In this document: positions 12,520-25,700 of the stretch, piece after piece
How positions within the stretch are numbered: the first letter of the stretch is position 1
How the letters are laid out: every line of letters starts with the position of its first letter
DNA from: Mizuhopecten yessoensis
Taxonomy: Eukaryota
NCBI RefSeq assembly: GCF_002113885.1
Contig: NW_018406352.1
Coordinates: 312,196 to 376,195, forward strand
Direction: 5' to 3'
DNA: 64,000 bases
Position numbers and translations under genes: made by a program
Notes under the pieces: model-generated
Database searches by the model: none
Told to the model about the DNA's origin: nothing
What the model saw: only the letters and a program-made list of their open reading frames with translations

Positions 12520-13060
12520 TTTCGTGACATTGTAGGGTTTAGACGTAAGGTTACTTAGTGTATGACATTTCGCGAGTAATTGACACCGTTTTAGCTTTCT
12601 TTCGCGTGACAACGTATACCTTAGACGTAAAGTTGTTTTGTATTTCACCTCCAATGTATAATTTCTACAGTTTGTTCTTTCGTTTCATGACATTCCATGG
12701 TTTAGACTTCTAGATACATAGCGTATGACATTTCATGAAGAATTGTCATGGTTTGTTCTTTCGTTTCAAGACATCTCATGGTTTAGACTTTTAGATACGA
12801 AGTGTATAACCTTTAATGTAAATGTACAATCTCTAACGTTTATTCTTTAGTTTTATGACATTTCACGTTTAAGTCTTCTAGAAAAATAGCGTATGCTCTT
12901 TCTTTCGTCTCTTAGCAATTCACGATTAAGACTTCCAGACACATAGCGTATGATCTTTCATGTGTAATTGTCATTGTTTGTTCTTCCGTTTCTTGGCATT
13001 TGATGGTTTAGACCTCCAGATACATAGCGTATGACATTTCATGGAGAATTGTCATGGGTT
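12520..13060. repeat. Degenerate tandem array, ~75-80 bp unit
   Basis: Recurrent ttgttctttcgtttc...tggtttagactt...gatacatagcgtatgacatttcatg. Confidence 0.75.
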
Positions 13061-13164
13061 TTTTTTGTTGCGTTTATTGAAATTGTATGGTTTAAACTTA
13101 AAGTAGCATACCATTTACTCTTTTTGTTAAAATTGTCATAGCGTTATCAATTCTAATATTCACT

Positions 13165-13480
13165 TCGAAATAGATATTTCTCTGAAGCAAATATGCTTTC
13201 GAAAGCAAATATTTCCACTGAAACAAATATTCTCTCTGAAACAAAGTAAACTCTTTCTGAAAGAAATATTCTCTCTGAAACAAAATAAACTCTTTCTGAA
13301 AGAAATATTCTTTTTGAAACAGATATGCTCTAACAGGCGGATATTATCTCTGAAAGAAATGATTACACTGAAATAAATATTCTCTTTAAAGCAGAAACCC
13401 TTTCTGAAATAGGTACTCTGAAACGAACATTCCCTCTGAGGAACATATTTTCTCTTAAACAGAATATTTTTACTGAAAGT
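13165..13480. repeat. Degenerate ~20-bp minisatellite
   Basis: Recurrent aaatattctctctgaaac. Confidence 0.7.
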
Positions 13481-14195
13481 TAGACACGTGATATGATGAA
13501 ATTTAGATACGATATCTGTATTTCAAAGCTTGTAATCACAAAGGCTGGTTTTTTTCCGCTGTCAGTAGGATATGACCGGTAGATGGGTTTACAGGACATT
13601 AAAAGTAGACAGCCGCGTCCTGTTTGATGATGACAAAATAGATCTGTAAGAGATAGCTACAAATATGAATTAATTTAGTAGTATACAAGTATGAACGGTT
13701 TAAGATGTATATCAGTATGGACTTAGCGTATGTATGATAAGGGCAAAATAAAAACCGCACATGTGCTGTAGCTATATTTGATATAATTCGATATGAATAT
13801 TCCATAAAACGTATTATCGATAATAATAAGTTTACGCGTGAAGGTCGACTTCCATAATTCTGACACTTTATGAATCACAGCAGCTTTTTCAAATGGACTG
13901 TCAATATTTCAAGGAAATCTGATTTACACGTCGTAATAGGTATGCTAGTTTACAACGTCTATATAGCACTACTGAATAGTTCATGTAATTATTCCAACGT
14001 ATGTTTAAGCATACATAGAACACAAATAGTGGTTACTAAACAGCCATACAGCTCCAACGTGCTAATATATTATTCAACATACATATACGTCACAACTTTG
14101 TCACCACTTTCTGTGCACATGAATATCTATCACTCGCATACATTTATTCCATGACCAGTATCACACATTTGAGATTGCCAACCTGTTGGTTCCTA

Positions 14196-14240
14196 GCCTC
14201 ACCAATGAGTCCTAAAGGGACGAAACAGCTGTATTGTACA
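14196..14240 (+). ncRNA. Degenerate minimal type I hammerhead-like motif (copy D)
   Basis: gcctca-CCAATGA-GTCC taaag GGAC-GAAAC agct GTA: perfect helix II and palindromic ACAGCTGT helix III; helix I decayed. Confidence 0.6.
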
Positions 14241-14429
14241 GTGTAATTCATTTGTGGTTTACCGTATTTATTACGACAATTTACAGGTGATTCACCTTTG
14301 TGTGTTGCGTTCATAAATCAGATATTGCCCCTGTGGAGTTTTACGTAGCCTAACAGATATGCAGTTTGGTTTTCTATTCCTGACCTGCAAGGATGGTAAC
14401 ATAGGGGCTCAAGGACATGTTCCCTACCT

Positions 14430-15720
14430 TATTACTACATGACAGCAACATGGTACTTAATGCTGTATGTTACCCCACTGTGTTATAGACACTTAACAAT
14501 TTATAGTACCTTACTGCGATGTGGAAGCTTAGGAATATATGTAACTTTACTGCGACATGGAGGTTTAAGGATATATGATACGTTACTGTTAGAAGGACAC
14601 TTAAGTATTTGTGTTAGCTAACTGTGACATGGGGACCTATGGCTATATGATTCCTTAGTGTAAAACATAAATTAAGGATGCACGCTTCCTTGTTGTAGCA
14701 TAGAAAATAACGATGTATGCTTCCTTAATGTGACATGGGGATTTAAGGATGTATGCTACGTGACTGTTAGAGGGACACTTAAGTATTTGTGTTAGCTACC
14801 TGTGACATGGGGACCTATGGATATATGACTCGTTAGTGTAACATAGAAATTAACGATGTATGCTGCCTTAATGTGACATGGGGGTTTAAGGATGTATGCT
14901 ACGTGACTTTTAGAGGGACACTTAATTATTTGTGTTAGCTACCTGTGACATGGGGACCTATGGATATATGATTCCTTAGTGCAAAACATAAATTAAGGAT
15001 GCACGCTTCCTTGTTGTAACATAGAAATTAACGATGTATGATTCCTTAATGTGACATTGGGATTTAAGAATGTATGCTACGTGACTATTAGAGAGACACT
15101 TAAGTATTTGTGTTAGCTAACTGTGACATGGGGACCTATGGATATATGACTCCTTAGTGTAACATAGAAATTAAGGATGCACGCTTCCTTGTTGTAACAT
15201 AGAAATTAACGATGTATGCTTCCTTAATGTGACATGGGGATTTAAGGATGTATGCTACGTGACTATTAGAGGGACACTTAAGTATGTGTGTTAGCTAACT
15301 GTGACATGGGGACCTATGGCTATATGATTCCTTAGTGTAACATATAAATTAAGCATGTATGCTTCCTTAATGTGACATGGGGACTTAAGGATGTACGCTA
15401 CGTTACTGTGAAATGTGGACTAAAGGAAACATGCTTCCTTGTTGTAACATAGAATTGAGGATGTATGCTACCTTACTATGACATGTGGACTTAAAGGTAT
15501 ATGCGTCCTTGTTGTAACATAGAATTGAGGATGTATGCTAAGTCACTGTGACATATGGACTTAAGACTATATGCGTCCTTGTTGCAATATATAATTGAGG
15601 ATATCTGCTACCTTACTGTGACTTTGTGACCTGCAGTTGTATCCTAAGTTCCTTTTATATGGAAGATAAGGTATACTAGCCTAATGTGACATTTAGACTT
15701 ACGTATGTAAGTTGCCATGT
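14430..15720. repeat. ~35-bp satellite with a 178-bp (5-mer) higher-order repeat
   Basis: Marker ttaagtat(t/g)tgtg at 14601, 14779, 14922, 15100, 15278 (spacings 178, 143, 178, 178). Confidence 0.9.
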
Positions 15721-15879
15721 GAATATATTTCGGAAACTTGTCCCACACAAAAATATTCGATGGCTCATTTAAAACATGCACAGGAATGTAAACGTTTCAC
15801 TACTGAGTATACCTGTTGTAATCTACTGCATGTTGTAAGGGGCAGATAATATAGGAACTTACGCTGAATGTTCACCTGA

Positions 15880-16075
15880 ATTGGTGAGGTTAATGGGCTT
15901 TGCTCCGACGCCAGGTCGTACCAAAGTGATTAGAATTGGTAGGTGTTATTCCTTGCTTAACCTTCATTTTCGGCATGGTATTTTAGCGAGGTAGCACTCT
16001 AAAGCCAACATCAGATCCGTGCTATCTCAAGGAGATAATTACACAAGTATAAGACACATACGCACATATAGACAC
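15880..16075 (+). mobile_element. Decayed, internally deleted Meta/MESC-like SINE
   Basis: ttcggcatggtattttagcgaggtagcactctaaagccaacatcagatcc...caaggaga aligns with 56595-56660. Confidence 0.55.
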
Positions 16076-17805
16076 GTTCATAAATAACACTTTTCTGTCT
16101 ATATCACACTTAACCATATACAAACAAAACTAATCTCTATTAAACAGTAAGGTATCATACATCCTTAAGTCTCTAAGTCACAGTAGGGTGGCATACGTAC
16201 TCGAGTATCTTTGTCATAGACAGGTATAACACATCCTTAAATCATCCATATCACAAGTAAGGTAGCATATACCCTTAAGTTAAAATTCTCACCATTTCGT
16301 TGGAAAAGTTTCGTAGTTTGCCGGTTCGAATCAGTTTAGTCATTTTAACATGTATTCGATGTGCTAATATTCGCTATTCAACTGCAAAAAAAAGAAACAA
16401 AATGAAAACGAATATTCATAAACAGTTATATTTCATTTTATACAGTATAGACTATTACTTTCATTAAATGATTCACGTGATGATGTTAACGTTAAGGATT
16501 CGTGTAACGATTTATTGGCAGTACGTTAATTGAAGAATTGTATTATGGAATATTCTTACCGCGTCTGAGTGTAACTGAACAAGGCGACAAAGATTAAAGC
16601 TATATTTTCGATTCTAGCCAATTAGTGTGAATGAATCGGTCTGTACACATGCTACTCACAGTTATATTAGCGGATCGGCTGCTGCAAAGAAAAGCGTAAA
16701 TAAACATACATAGAGCGCACTATTAGAGTCAAATTAAAGAATACTTTGAAATAGTGATGAATTTTTATTCTGCTATGATTTGTGGCAGGCAATTTATAAG
16801 ATTAATTATTTTTTGACACATTCGGCGATTTTCTGACATTGATACTCAGCCTGTTCGTATGTTCGTTTTTTATTTCACGTAAAGACATATATAACATTCA
16901 ATTAGGATCGACCTTAACACATACGAATGCTATTATTCTATGGACCCTCATGGAGGCCAACCTTTACCGACCCTTATACCATCAACACAATCGTGTATCT
17001 ATCAGTACACATGCTATACTAAGCTTCATTGCGTGCTACAATGTGACTTATTCTTGTAAGTAAACACGTATTGACAATTTTCTATTCTACGCAGTTCCAC
17101 ACGTGTCACTGTAGGGTATACGGCGCCATTTGTAAAACAATAACTGCTACTTTAGCTTCCGGTAACAACGAACTCGCATTAAATAATAATAGCATTGTTC
17201 TCGCCTCTGAGTACCTCTACATCTGCATTACTTACGGTACACTAACAATTTTAAAAACACACAGTTCTGTGCTAGAGAAACGACGGCTGATTCACAATTA
17301 TTGATAATGTTTAACAATTAAAACCATGCATATCAAATTTCCCGGCAGTCAGAATCTAATGACTTTTAAATCGTCTGATAACCTTTTTAAGAACGCGCCA
17401 TCGCCCTGTAAAATTCAATAAACGCCTTTGTGAGCATTGAAAAAACTACAAATTTATGCGTGTAACACATAAAACAATTCAATAACATTTCTGGTGCTTG
17501 AGTCAGTTGTAATGTTTGTGAACGGAAAAAAAACGGTAGAAGGAAAAATTCCGACGATTCCTCGATATTTATTGTTCCATAGACGTCAATGTAATTATGT
17601 AATTCTTCTGCAATGATAACTGTTTTGAATGGTACTCCATGTCTGTGAACATCCCCTTCCTTAACTTCGTAAAAATGACTTCGCAACATCGATTTACAAT
17701 ACTCGTCAACATTTTGAAATTCATCAATTAAGAAGTTTTACGCACCTGGTCCTCTGTTTCTACAGTGGTGTAGGCGGATTAGGATTGTCATCTCTTTGAC
17801 CCCTA

Positions 17806-17849
17806 TCATCACGGATGAGTCATAGAAGGACGAAACACCTGTATAATTC
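17806..17849 (+). ncRNA. Degenerate minimal type I hammerhead-like motif (copy E)
   Basis: tcatca-CGGATGA-GTCA tagaa GGAC-GAAAC acct GTA; the upstream ~90 nt resembles the 11-kb repeat units. Confidence 0.55.
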
Positions 17850-19067
17850 AGTTCAATTCACATTTGGTGTACTGTATATATTTCTTATCTTAAAGGTGCG
17901 ATAATATGTGTATGCTTGTCCCTGCTAAATTCGTCTTTCTTAATTTTATTGCAAGAAATGTAAAATTTTCAGAGAAATGAAAGTCATTTATAGGTCGTCA
18001 AATATTGTGCATTGATCTATATATAGGTGTTCTCATCAAATTACCGGACCACCATTTTTTTTAAAGAAGTAGCTTGGGGCCATTAGGCACAAAATAACTA
18101 TTTTAGGAATGTAGAAGCTTGGTAACTTTTTAAATCAACCCACGAACAAACCCCAAAAATCTTGGTTATTCCGTGTATTTTAATTCATAAGACAAACATG
18201 TATTTCATACGTGCTCATTTAATTAACAGTTGTTCCTTTTGGACAAAGAAATCAAGGTTGCCATTTAATAGCAAAGACTCCACAAATGAAAAAGCAGCAT
18301 TCAAAATAATGTACAACTCGGTGATTTTTTAATTTTCAAATACTACATCAACATCCTGGATTGATTTACATTGTTTACACATGTGCATTGCCAGCTTTCA
18401 AACACTGATATTTTCAGTTTAAGAAGTGACAATGATCACTTCTCAAGGATATATGTCTCACTGCATTGCGGATTCTCATCTATGCAGTAACTGTAATTTA
18501 TTTTCGTTTTACACACAACTAAGGCCAGTACACTTCTGTTATGATTTTCCTAAATAAAGTATATTGTACTTTTCATTCAGAAATAATTCATCATTATATC
18601 TATAGTCATGCCGGTAAAATAAGTTTCGAATGCAATATTTTCATGTTTTGGCAGTGCTACAGGGATTGAAAGGTAAAACTACGTTTAGTGGAAATTTGTG
18701 CATTATCTACACAGAGCGTGTCTTGGCGAAGGAAAGAAACTCTTTTTTTGGGGGATTTTTATTAAAAGCTTAGTAATAAACTACACTTCCACAAGCTTTT
18801 GTATTAAAATATCCGTTTGAATATCTTTCAATCCAGTATAAGGAAATGACGATGATAATATATTTGTTAATCTCCCTGATCAAACGAACCTTTCTACTTG
18901 AAGGTATTGTATTACAGACACAAAAACAATATACACATCATTGCAGTTCAAATCAATTTCAGCAAGTTTTGTTTTTTGTAAATCGACACACGTTTCCGGA
19001 TTAGACTGTGTGTGACTGGTTCCACGATTACCGGACCACCATATACAAAATCCCTGTCCCTTTGCAT

Positions 19068-21401
19068 ATGAAACACTATCATATAAAACACTATCATATA
19101 CAACACTAACATATATAAAACACTATCATTTGAAACACTATCATATAGAACACTAACATACAAAACACTATAATATAAAAAAACTAACATATAAAACTCT
19201 AACATATAAAACACTATCATATTAAACACTATCATATAAAACACTAACATATAAAACACTATCATAAAAACCACTGATATAAAACACAATCATATAAAAA
19301 CACTATAATATAAAACACTATCATATAAAAACACTATGATATAAAACACTATCATATAAAACACTATAATATAAAACACAATCATATAAAACACTATCAT
19401 ATAAAACACTAACATATAAAACACTATCATAAAAACCACTATGATATAAAACACAATCATATAAAAACACTATAATATAAAACACTATCATATAAAAACA
19501 CTATGATATAAAACACTAACATATAAAACACTATAATATAAAACACAATCATATAAAACACTATCATATAAAACACTAACATATAAAACACTATCATAAA
19601 AACCACTATGATATAAAACACAATCATATAAAAACACTATAATATAAAACACTATCATATAAAAACACTATGATATAAAACACTATCATATAAAACACTA
19701 TAATATAAAACACAATCATATAAAACACTATCATATAAAACACTATCATATAAAACACTATCATATAAAACACTATCATATAAAACACTATCATATAAAA
19801 CACTATAATATAAAACACAATCATATAAAACACTATCATATAAAACACTATCATATAAAACACTATCATATAAAACACTATCATATAAAACACTATCATA
19901 TAAAACACTATCATATAAAACACTATCATATAAAACACTATCATATAAAACACTATCATATAAAACACTATCATATAAAACACTATCATATAAAACACTA
20001 TCATATAAAACACTATCATATAAAACACTATCATATAAAACACAATCATATAAAACACTATCATATAAAACACTATAATATAAAACACAATCATATAAAA
20101 CACTATCATATAAAACACTATTATATAAAACACTATCATATAAAACACTATCATATAAAACACTATAATATAAAACACAATCATATAAAACACTATCATA
20201 TAAAACACTATTATATAAAACACTATCATATAAAACACTATTATATAAAACACTATCATATAAAACACAATCATATAAAACACTATCATATAAAACACTA
20301 TAATATAAAACACAATCATATAAAACACTATAATATAAAACACTATTATATAAAACACTATTATATAAAACACTATTATATAAAACACTATCATATAAAA
20401 CACTATCATATAAAACACTATAATATAAAACACAATCATATAAAACACTATCATATAAAACACTATAATATAAAACACAATCATATAAAACACTATCATA
20501 TAAAACACTATTATATAAAACACAATCATATAAAACACTATAATATAAAACACTATTATATAAAACACTATTATATAAAACACTATTATATAAAACACTA
20601 TCATATAAAACACTATCATATAAAACACTATAATATAAAACACAATCATATAAAACACTATCATATAAAACACTATAATATAAAACACAATCATATAAAA
20701 CACTATCATATAAAACACTATTATATAAAACACAATCATATAAAACACTATCATATAAAACACTATAATATAAAACACAATCATATAAAACACTAACATA
20801 TAAAACACTATCATAAAAACCACTATGATATAAAACACTATCATATAAAACACTATAATATAAAACACAATCATATAAAACACTAACATATAAAACACTA
20901 TCATAAAAACCACTATGATATAAAACACAATCATATAAAAACACTATAATATAAAACACTATCATATAAAACCACTATGATATAAAACACAATCATATAA
21001 AAACACTATAATATAAAACACTATCATATAAAACACTTTCATATAAAACACAATCATATAAAAACACTATCATATAAAACACTATCATATAAAACACAAT
21101 CATATAAAACACTATGATATAAAACACTATCATATAAAACACTAACATATAAAACACTATCATATAAAACACTATAATATAAAACACAATCATATAAAAC
21201 ACTATCATATAAAAACACTATGATATAAAACACAATCATATAAAACACTATTATATAAAACACTATAATATAAAACACTATCATATTAAACACTATCATA
21301 TAAAACACTATCATATATAATACACTATCAAATGAAACACTGTCATATGACATACTATCATATAAAACAATATAATGTAAAACTCTATCATATAAAACAC
21401 T
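19068..21401. repeat. 15-bp minisatellite, ~155 copies
   Basis: tatcatataaaacac repeated; source of the spurious 436-aa minus-strand ORFs. Confidence 0.98.
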
Positions 21402-22254
21402 AGATCAGACATTCTTCAAAGGTCTTTTATATATACCTACAGTTTGTTTTGTTTGTTCCTCGCGTCAGTTAATATAAGGTGATATATAGACATTATCCAC
21501 TGATAATCAAATTTCCCTCTTAGCAAAGGACACAGAACAAGCTACTTTCTATACGGGGATACCACAACAGCTATATATTTTTAATGGAACAATTTCTGTT
21601 ATAATAACAGGTTATTTATTGGCAAAATAAAACCGTTTTTTTTCAGTCATACATTTTTTAACCCAACAGACACAGATCTCTTATCATCAGCAAAATACAA
21701 AACAATTATGAGTTGAGGGATTTTTGTTCACTAGCACAATTAAACGTTAGTTGCATCTTGTAGACCATAATTCGAATACAGTAAATGTATGATGAAATAC
21801 TCTCTTCACATCACCTTAGATGTTGTTTGGACGTTAAACCACAAAGAAATAATACAAAGCTATCTCATGTTTCTATCAACACAGTGCGCTTTAAAAAACA
21901 AATCTTAATGACGTTTTCCTTTGTCACATATCTCTGACTACATGTAAAAATGCAATATGTTAACAAGGATTCCACGAATGGTTTTTTTTTCTTTTTCTAA
22001 ATAGCATGTTTTTTTATATACAGTAGTTTCCTTTTGATAGGTTTCTGACTTTGATAAACAACCGTTTTCTAACACAAACTCGTGGGTATAAAAATATCTA
22101 ATACAAGTTTTATGCAAGTTTCGTCTATTGCCTGTAACCTATTATATAAGAATATAAGTCTAAATTCTGAGTTATATCACAAACTCTGTATGTAGGACAT
22201 GCTAATAAACATACTTCGATATTACACAGTTTGAACATAACTTTTTAATAATGG

Positions 22255-22255
<1 letters not shown>

Positions 22256-22291
<36 letters not shown>
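22256..22291. repeat. (TA)n microsatellite
   Basis: ~18 TA units about 365 bp upstream of the tetraspanin ATG. Confidence 0.95.
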
Positions 22292-22293
<2 letters not shown>

Positions 22294-22512
22294 AAATCAT
22301 ACAATAAAGTACCATGTTTTATGACGAGCTCTGCATATAGCACACGTCAACAGATCTACTACCCAATTTAATACCATGTTTTACGACAGTTTCTTTTATT
22401 ACAGGTTCCTGACCATATTGGAGCATAAAACAAAATACCAACGTTCAAGGAGGATCTGAGGACGTAAAACAATTTAATAACATTTTTTTACGCGAATGAC
22501 TGTTTGCCGTAC

Positions 22513-22659
22513 ATGGTAAACGTGACAATACCTCGGCCATATCAGGGCGCCTGTGGACGCGATGCTCCGCTCTGTAAACCATTAATGACTTGCGTGTGTC
22601 TAAAATATTTATGCCCTAACTCCCCCTGTGATGGACCGTTGAGGAGGATTCAGGCATGA
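22513..22659 (+). promoter_or_regulatory. Upstream ORF (48 aa, 6 Cys) whose TGA overlaps the tetraspanin ATG (ATGA)
   Basis: ATG 22513 reads MVNVTIPRPYQGACGRDAPLCKPLMTCVCLKYLCPNSPCDGPLRRIQA to TGA 22657-22659. Whether it lies in the mRNA is inferred from a candidate acceptor tttcttttattacAG at 22403-22404. Confidence 0.4.
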
Positions 22660-22721
22660 AGGTTGACATTAAGCCTTCCCCTCTCCGATGGTTTCTCTTC
22701 GCTATCAACATCATCTTTTTC
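22656..22721 (+). CDS. Tetraspanin coding exon 1 (N-terminus, first half of TM1)
   Basis: ATG at 22656; MKVDIKPSPLRWFLFAINIIFF; donor TTC|GTGAGT; 66 nt; upstream in-frame stop. Confidence 0.85.
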
Positions 22722-25700
22722 GTGAGTCCATGAATCTTTCACTTATCGCATGTATGTCTCAGCAATAGACCATCGACCGTAGATAGATAGATATATTTGT
22801 AGTGGGGTTTCGTATTTGCATGCAACCATCATTGTCTAGAACGATAGTTGTGAATGGATAGATTGTAAGCTTAGGGCGCATTATCGAACAATTTGAATTT
22901 GAATTAACGATTCTTGTCATTTAAATTATTAAGGGCTATGATGTATAAAATAATCAATATTGGAAAAGAGAATAATAGTTACCATTTTTTTTATGTACAA
23001 AATCTAATTTGAAAAAGTGTCTATTATGATTTTTATCACGGGTTTTGCGGCCGATAAAACTGGTGTTTGGCGCAGATAATATTAACACAGAATTTAAACT
23101 GTTTATGATTTAAATTTGGACCACCATTACACATGTCTCAGATAAGATTATTGAAATTAACTTTAAATATGTGTAGTACGCTTGTTTTAGCTTACGTAGT
23201 TTGCATGTATGTTGTGTATGAATAGTATTCGCATGTTGATTAATACTTTCTGTTTACATGGTATTCGTCAAACCTTGTCCTTCGAGTTATTGGCAATATT
23301 GTACAGGACAAACAGTGAAAGTATAACGAGGTTTCAAGGTAGCGTATCGAGTTTTGATGTGCAAAACTTATCATTCTTGGGAATACAATTTTGTAATGGG
23401 TTATAAGGTTTAACGTGTTGTATCGTAAAACAATAGGGAGGCGTTATAGTAGAACCTAATTAACCGATAAATAAGAACCTAAACATTAGCAACGATTAAA
23501 CATTGCTGACGCCAAAGAGTAAAATCTGAACATCGTTATTTTAGTCAGTTTTTGACCGGTTTATGATAAACCTTAACGTTATATAGTGTTACCATGGTAA
23601 CATGTTATAGTTAAACTCTGTAAACACCTAGTAGTATTAGTAACATGGTAAGCATTGGTAACGGTATATATATACATAATGTACTATAACCTTGGTAAAG
23701 GTACATACATTATGTACTAAAAACCTTGGTAACGGTCTCAAGTGTTACCTTGGACATGGTTTGTAGCAAAGCCTTGTAAACGTTATTTAGACAAAATTTG
23801 GTAATATAACACTATACAGTTTATCAAACTAAATCGCTATTCTATAAAGTCAAACAGTCGTATTGCTATATAGTCAAACCTTTGTAATGCTATATAGTTA
23901 AACCTTTGTAATACTATATAGTAAAACATTTGTAATGCTATATAGTAAAACCTACGTTATGCTATAAAGTAAAACATTTGTAATGCTGCTATAAAGTAAA
24001 ACATTTGTAATGCTATATATAGTAAAACTTTTGTAATACTATATAGTAAAACCTACGTTATGCTATAAAGTAAAACCTTTGTAATGTTATATATAGTAAA
24101 ACCTTTGTACTGCTATATAGTTAAACCTTTGTAATACTATATAGTAAAACATTTGTATTGCTATATAGTAAAACCTACGTTATGCTATAAAGTAAAACAT
24201 TTGTAATGCTGCTATAAAGTAAAACATTTGTAATGCTATATATAGTAAAACCTTTGTAATACTATATAGTAAAACCTACGTTATGCTATAAAGTAAAACA
24301 TTTGTAATGCTATATAGTAAAACATCTGTAATGCTATATATCGTAAAACCTTTGATATGCTATACATAGTAAAACCTTTGTACTGCTATATAGTCAAACA
24401 TTTGTAATGCTATATAATAAAACCTTTGTAATGCTATATAGTAAAACCTTTGTAATGCTATATAGTGAAACCTTTGTAATGGTAAATAGTAAAACCTTTG
24501 TACTGCTATATAGTGAAACGTTTGTAATGCTATATAGTGAAACCTTTGTACTGCTATATAGTAAAACCTTTGTAATGCTATATAGTAAAACCTACGTTAT
24601 ACTATATAGTGAAACCTTTGTAATGCTATATAGTAAAACCTGTGTAATGCTATATAGTGAAACCTTTGTAATGCTATATAGTAAAAACTTTGTAATGCTA
24701 TATAATAAAACCTACGTTATGCTATAAAGTAAAACCTTTGTAATGCTAAATAGTTGAACCTTTGTAATGCTTTATAGTAAAACCTTTGTAATGCTATATA
24801 GTAAAACCTTCGTAATTATATATAGTAACACATTTGTAATGTTATATAGTAAACCCTTTGTAATGCTATATAGTAAAAGATTTGTAATGTTATATTGTAA
24901 AACGTTTGTAATGCTTTATAGCACAACCCGTGTAATGCTATATAGTTAAACCTGTGTAACGCTTTATAATAAAACATTCCTAATGCCCTATAATACAAGT
25001 TTAATTGAGATCCAATTTCGTTTAAGCATATTTAAGATGTGAACATGAGTTTGTTTGTAAGTTTCCGCGGTTTTAAGACGTGATGTAACTTGAATTTCAC
25101 CTAAATAAACATGGCGGCTGACGACTATTAATAAGAAGGCGCTTTTCCTCTAGAACACCCTGGTCTTATCCATTTAGTATGTTTGGAAGGGTCTTTTTGT
25201 AAATGTTCATATCTGGTCCTGGTGTTACCGATTTTGAGTAATAATTGCTCTTCTGTTTTCAACTTCGGTATTATATTCGTGTTTTAATTTTACAAAATTG
25301 TAATGATAAGAAAGACAGGTAGTTTTATATGATTCGTTAAATGAGGTTGAACGTGAATTTAAACGGACTCAACAACCTTAATATATCTGTTTGTATTCAA
25401 CCGTGAAAGGCTGATAATTCACATTTCACCATAATATTATTTTCTCATTTTTCCTCTCGTGACTATGGGAAATATATCGTCAAAGGGTAATATATATAGG
25501 GAGTTCTATCTAACTTGTTCGACAGCCCATTTGTTCTATTTTGAACCGTGTGTCATTTATTTATTATACGTCAAATATGTATATGTGTAGCACTACCGCA
25601 ATGTTTTCCACTGGCGTGCTCCCTTTTCGTGATATTACGTCATAAACCATCAAAAGCTGTTAGAACAGGTCAAAAGTTCAAGTGCTGAGCTCTCTTTTCT

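Noticed and set aside
17387-17689. 100-aa minus-strand ORF
   Set aside because: No recognisable domain or splice structure; length is compatible with chance.
19624-20965. Two 436-aa minus-strand ORFs (MIVFY/YDSVL repeats)
   Set aside because: They are translations of a 15-bp minisatellite that lacks stops in two frames; no unique coding flanks.
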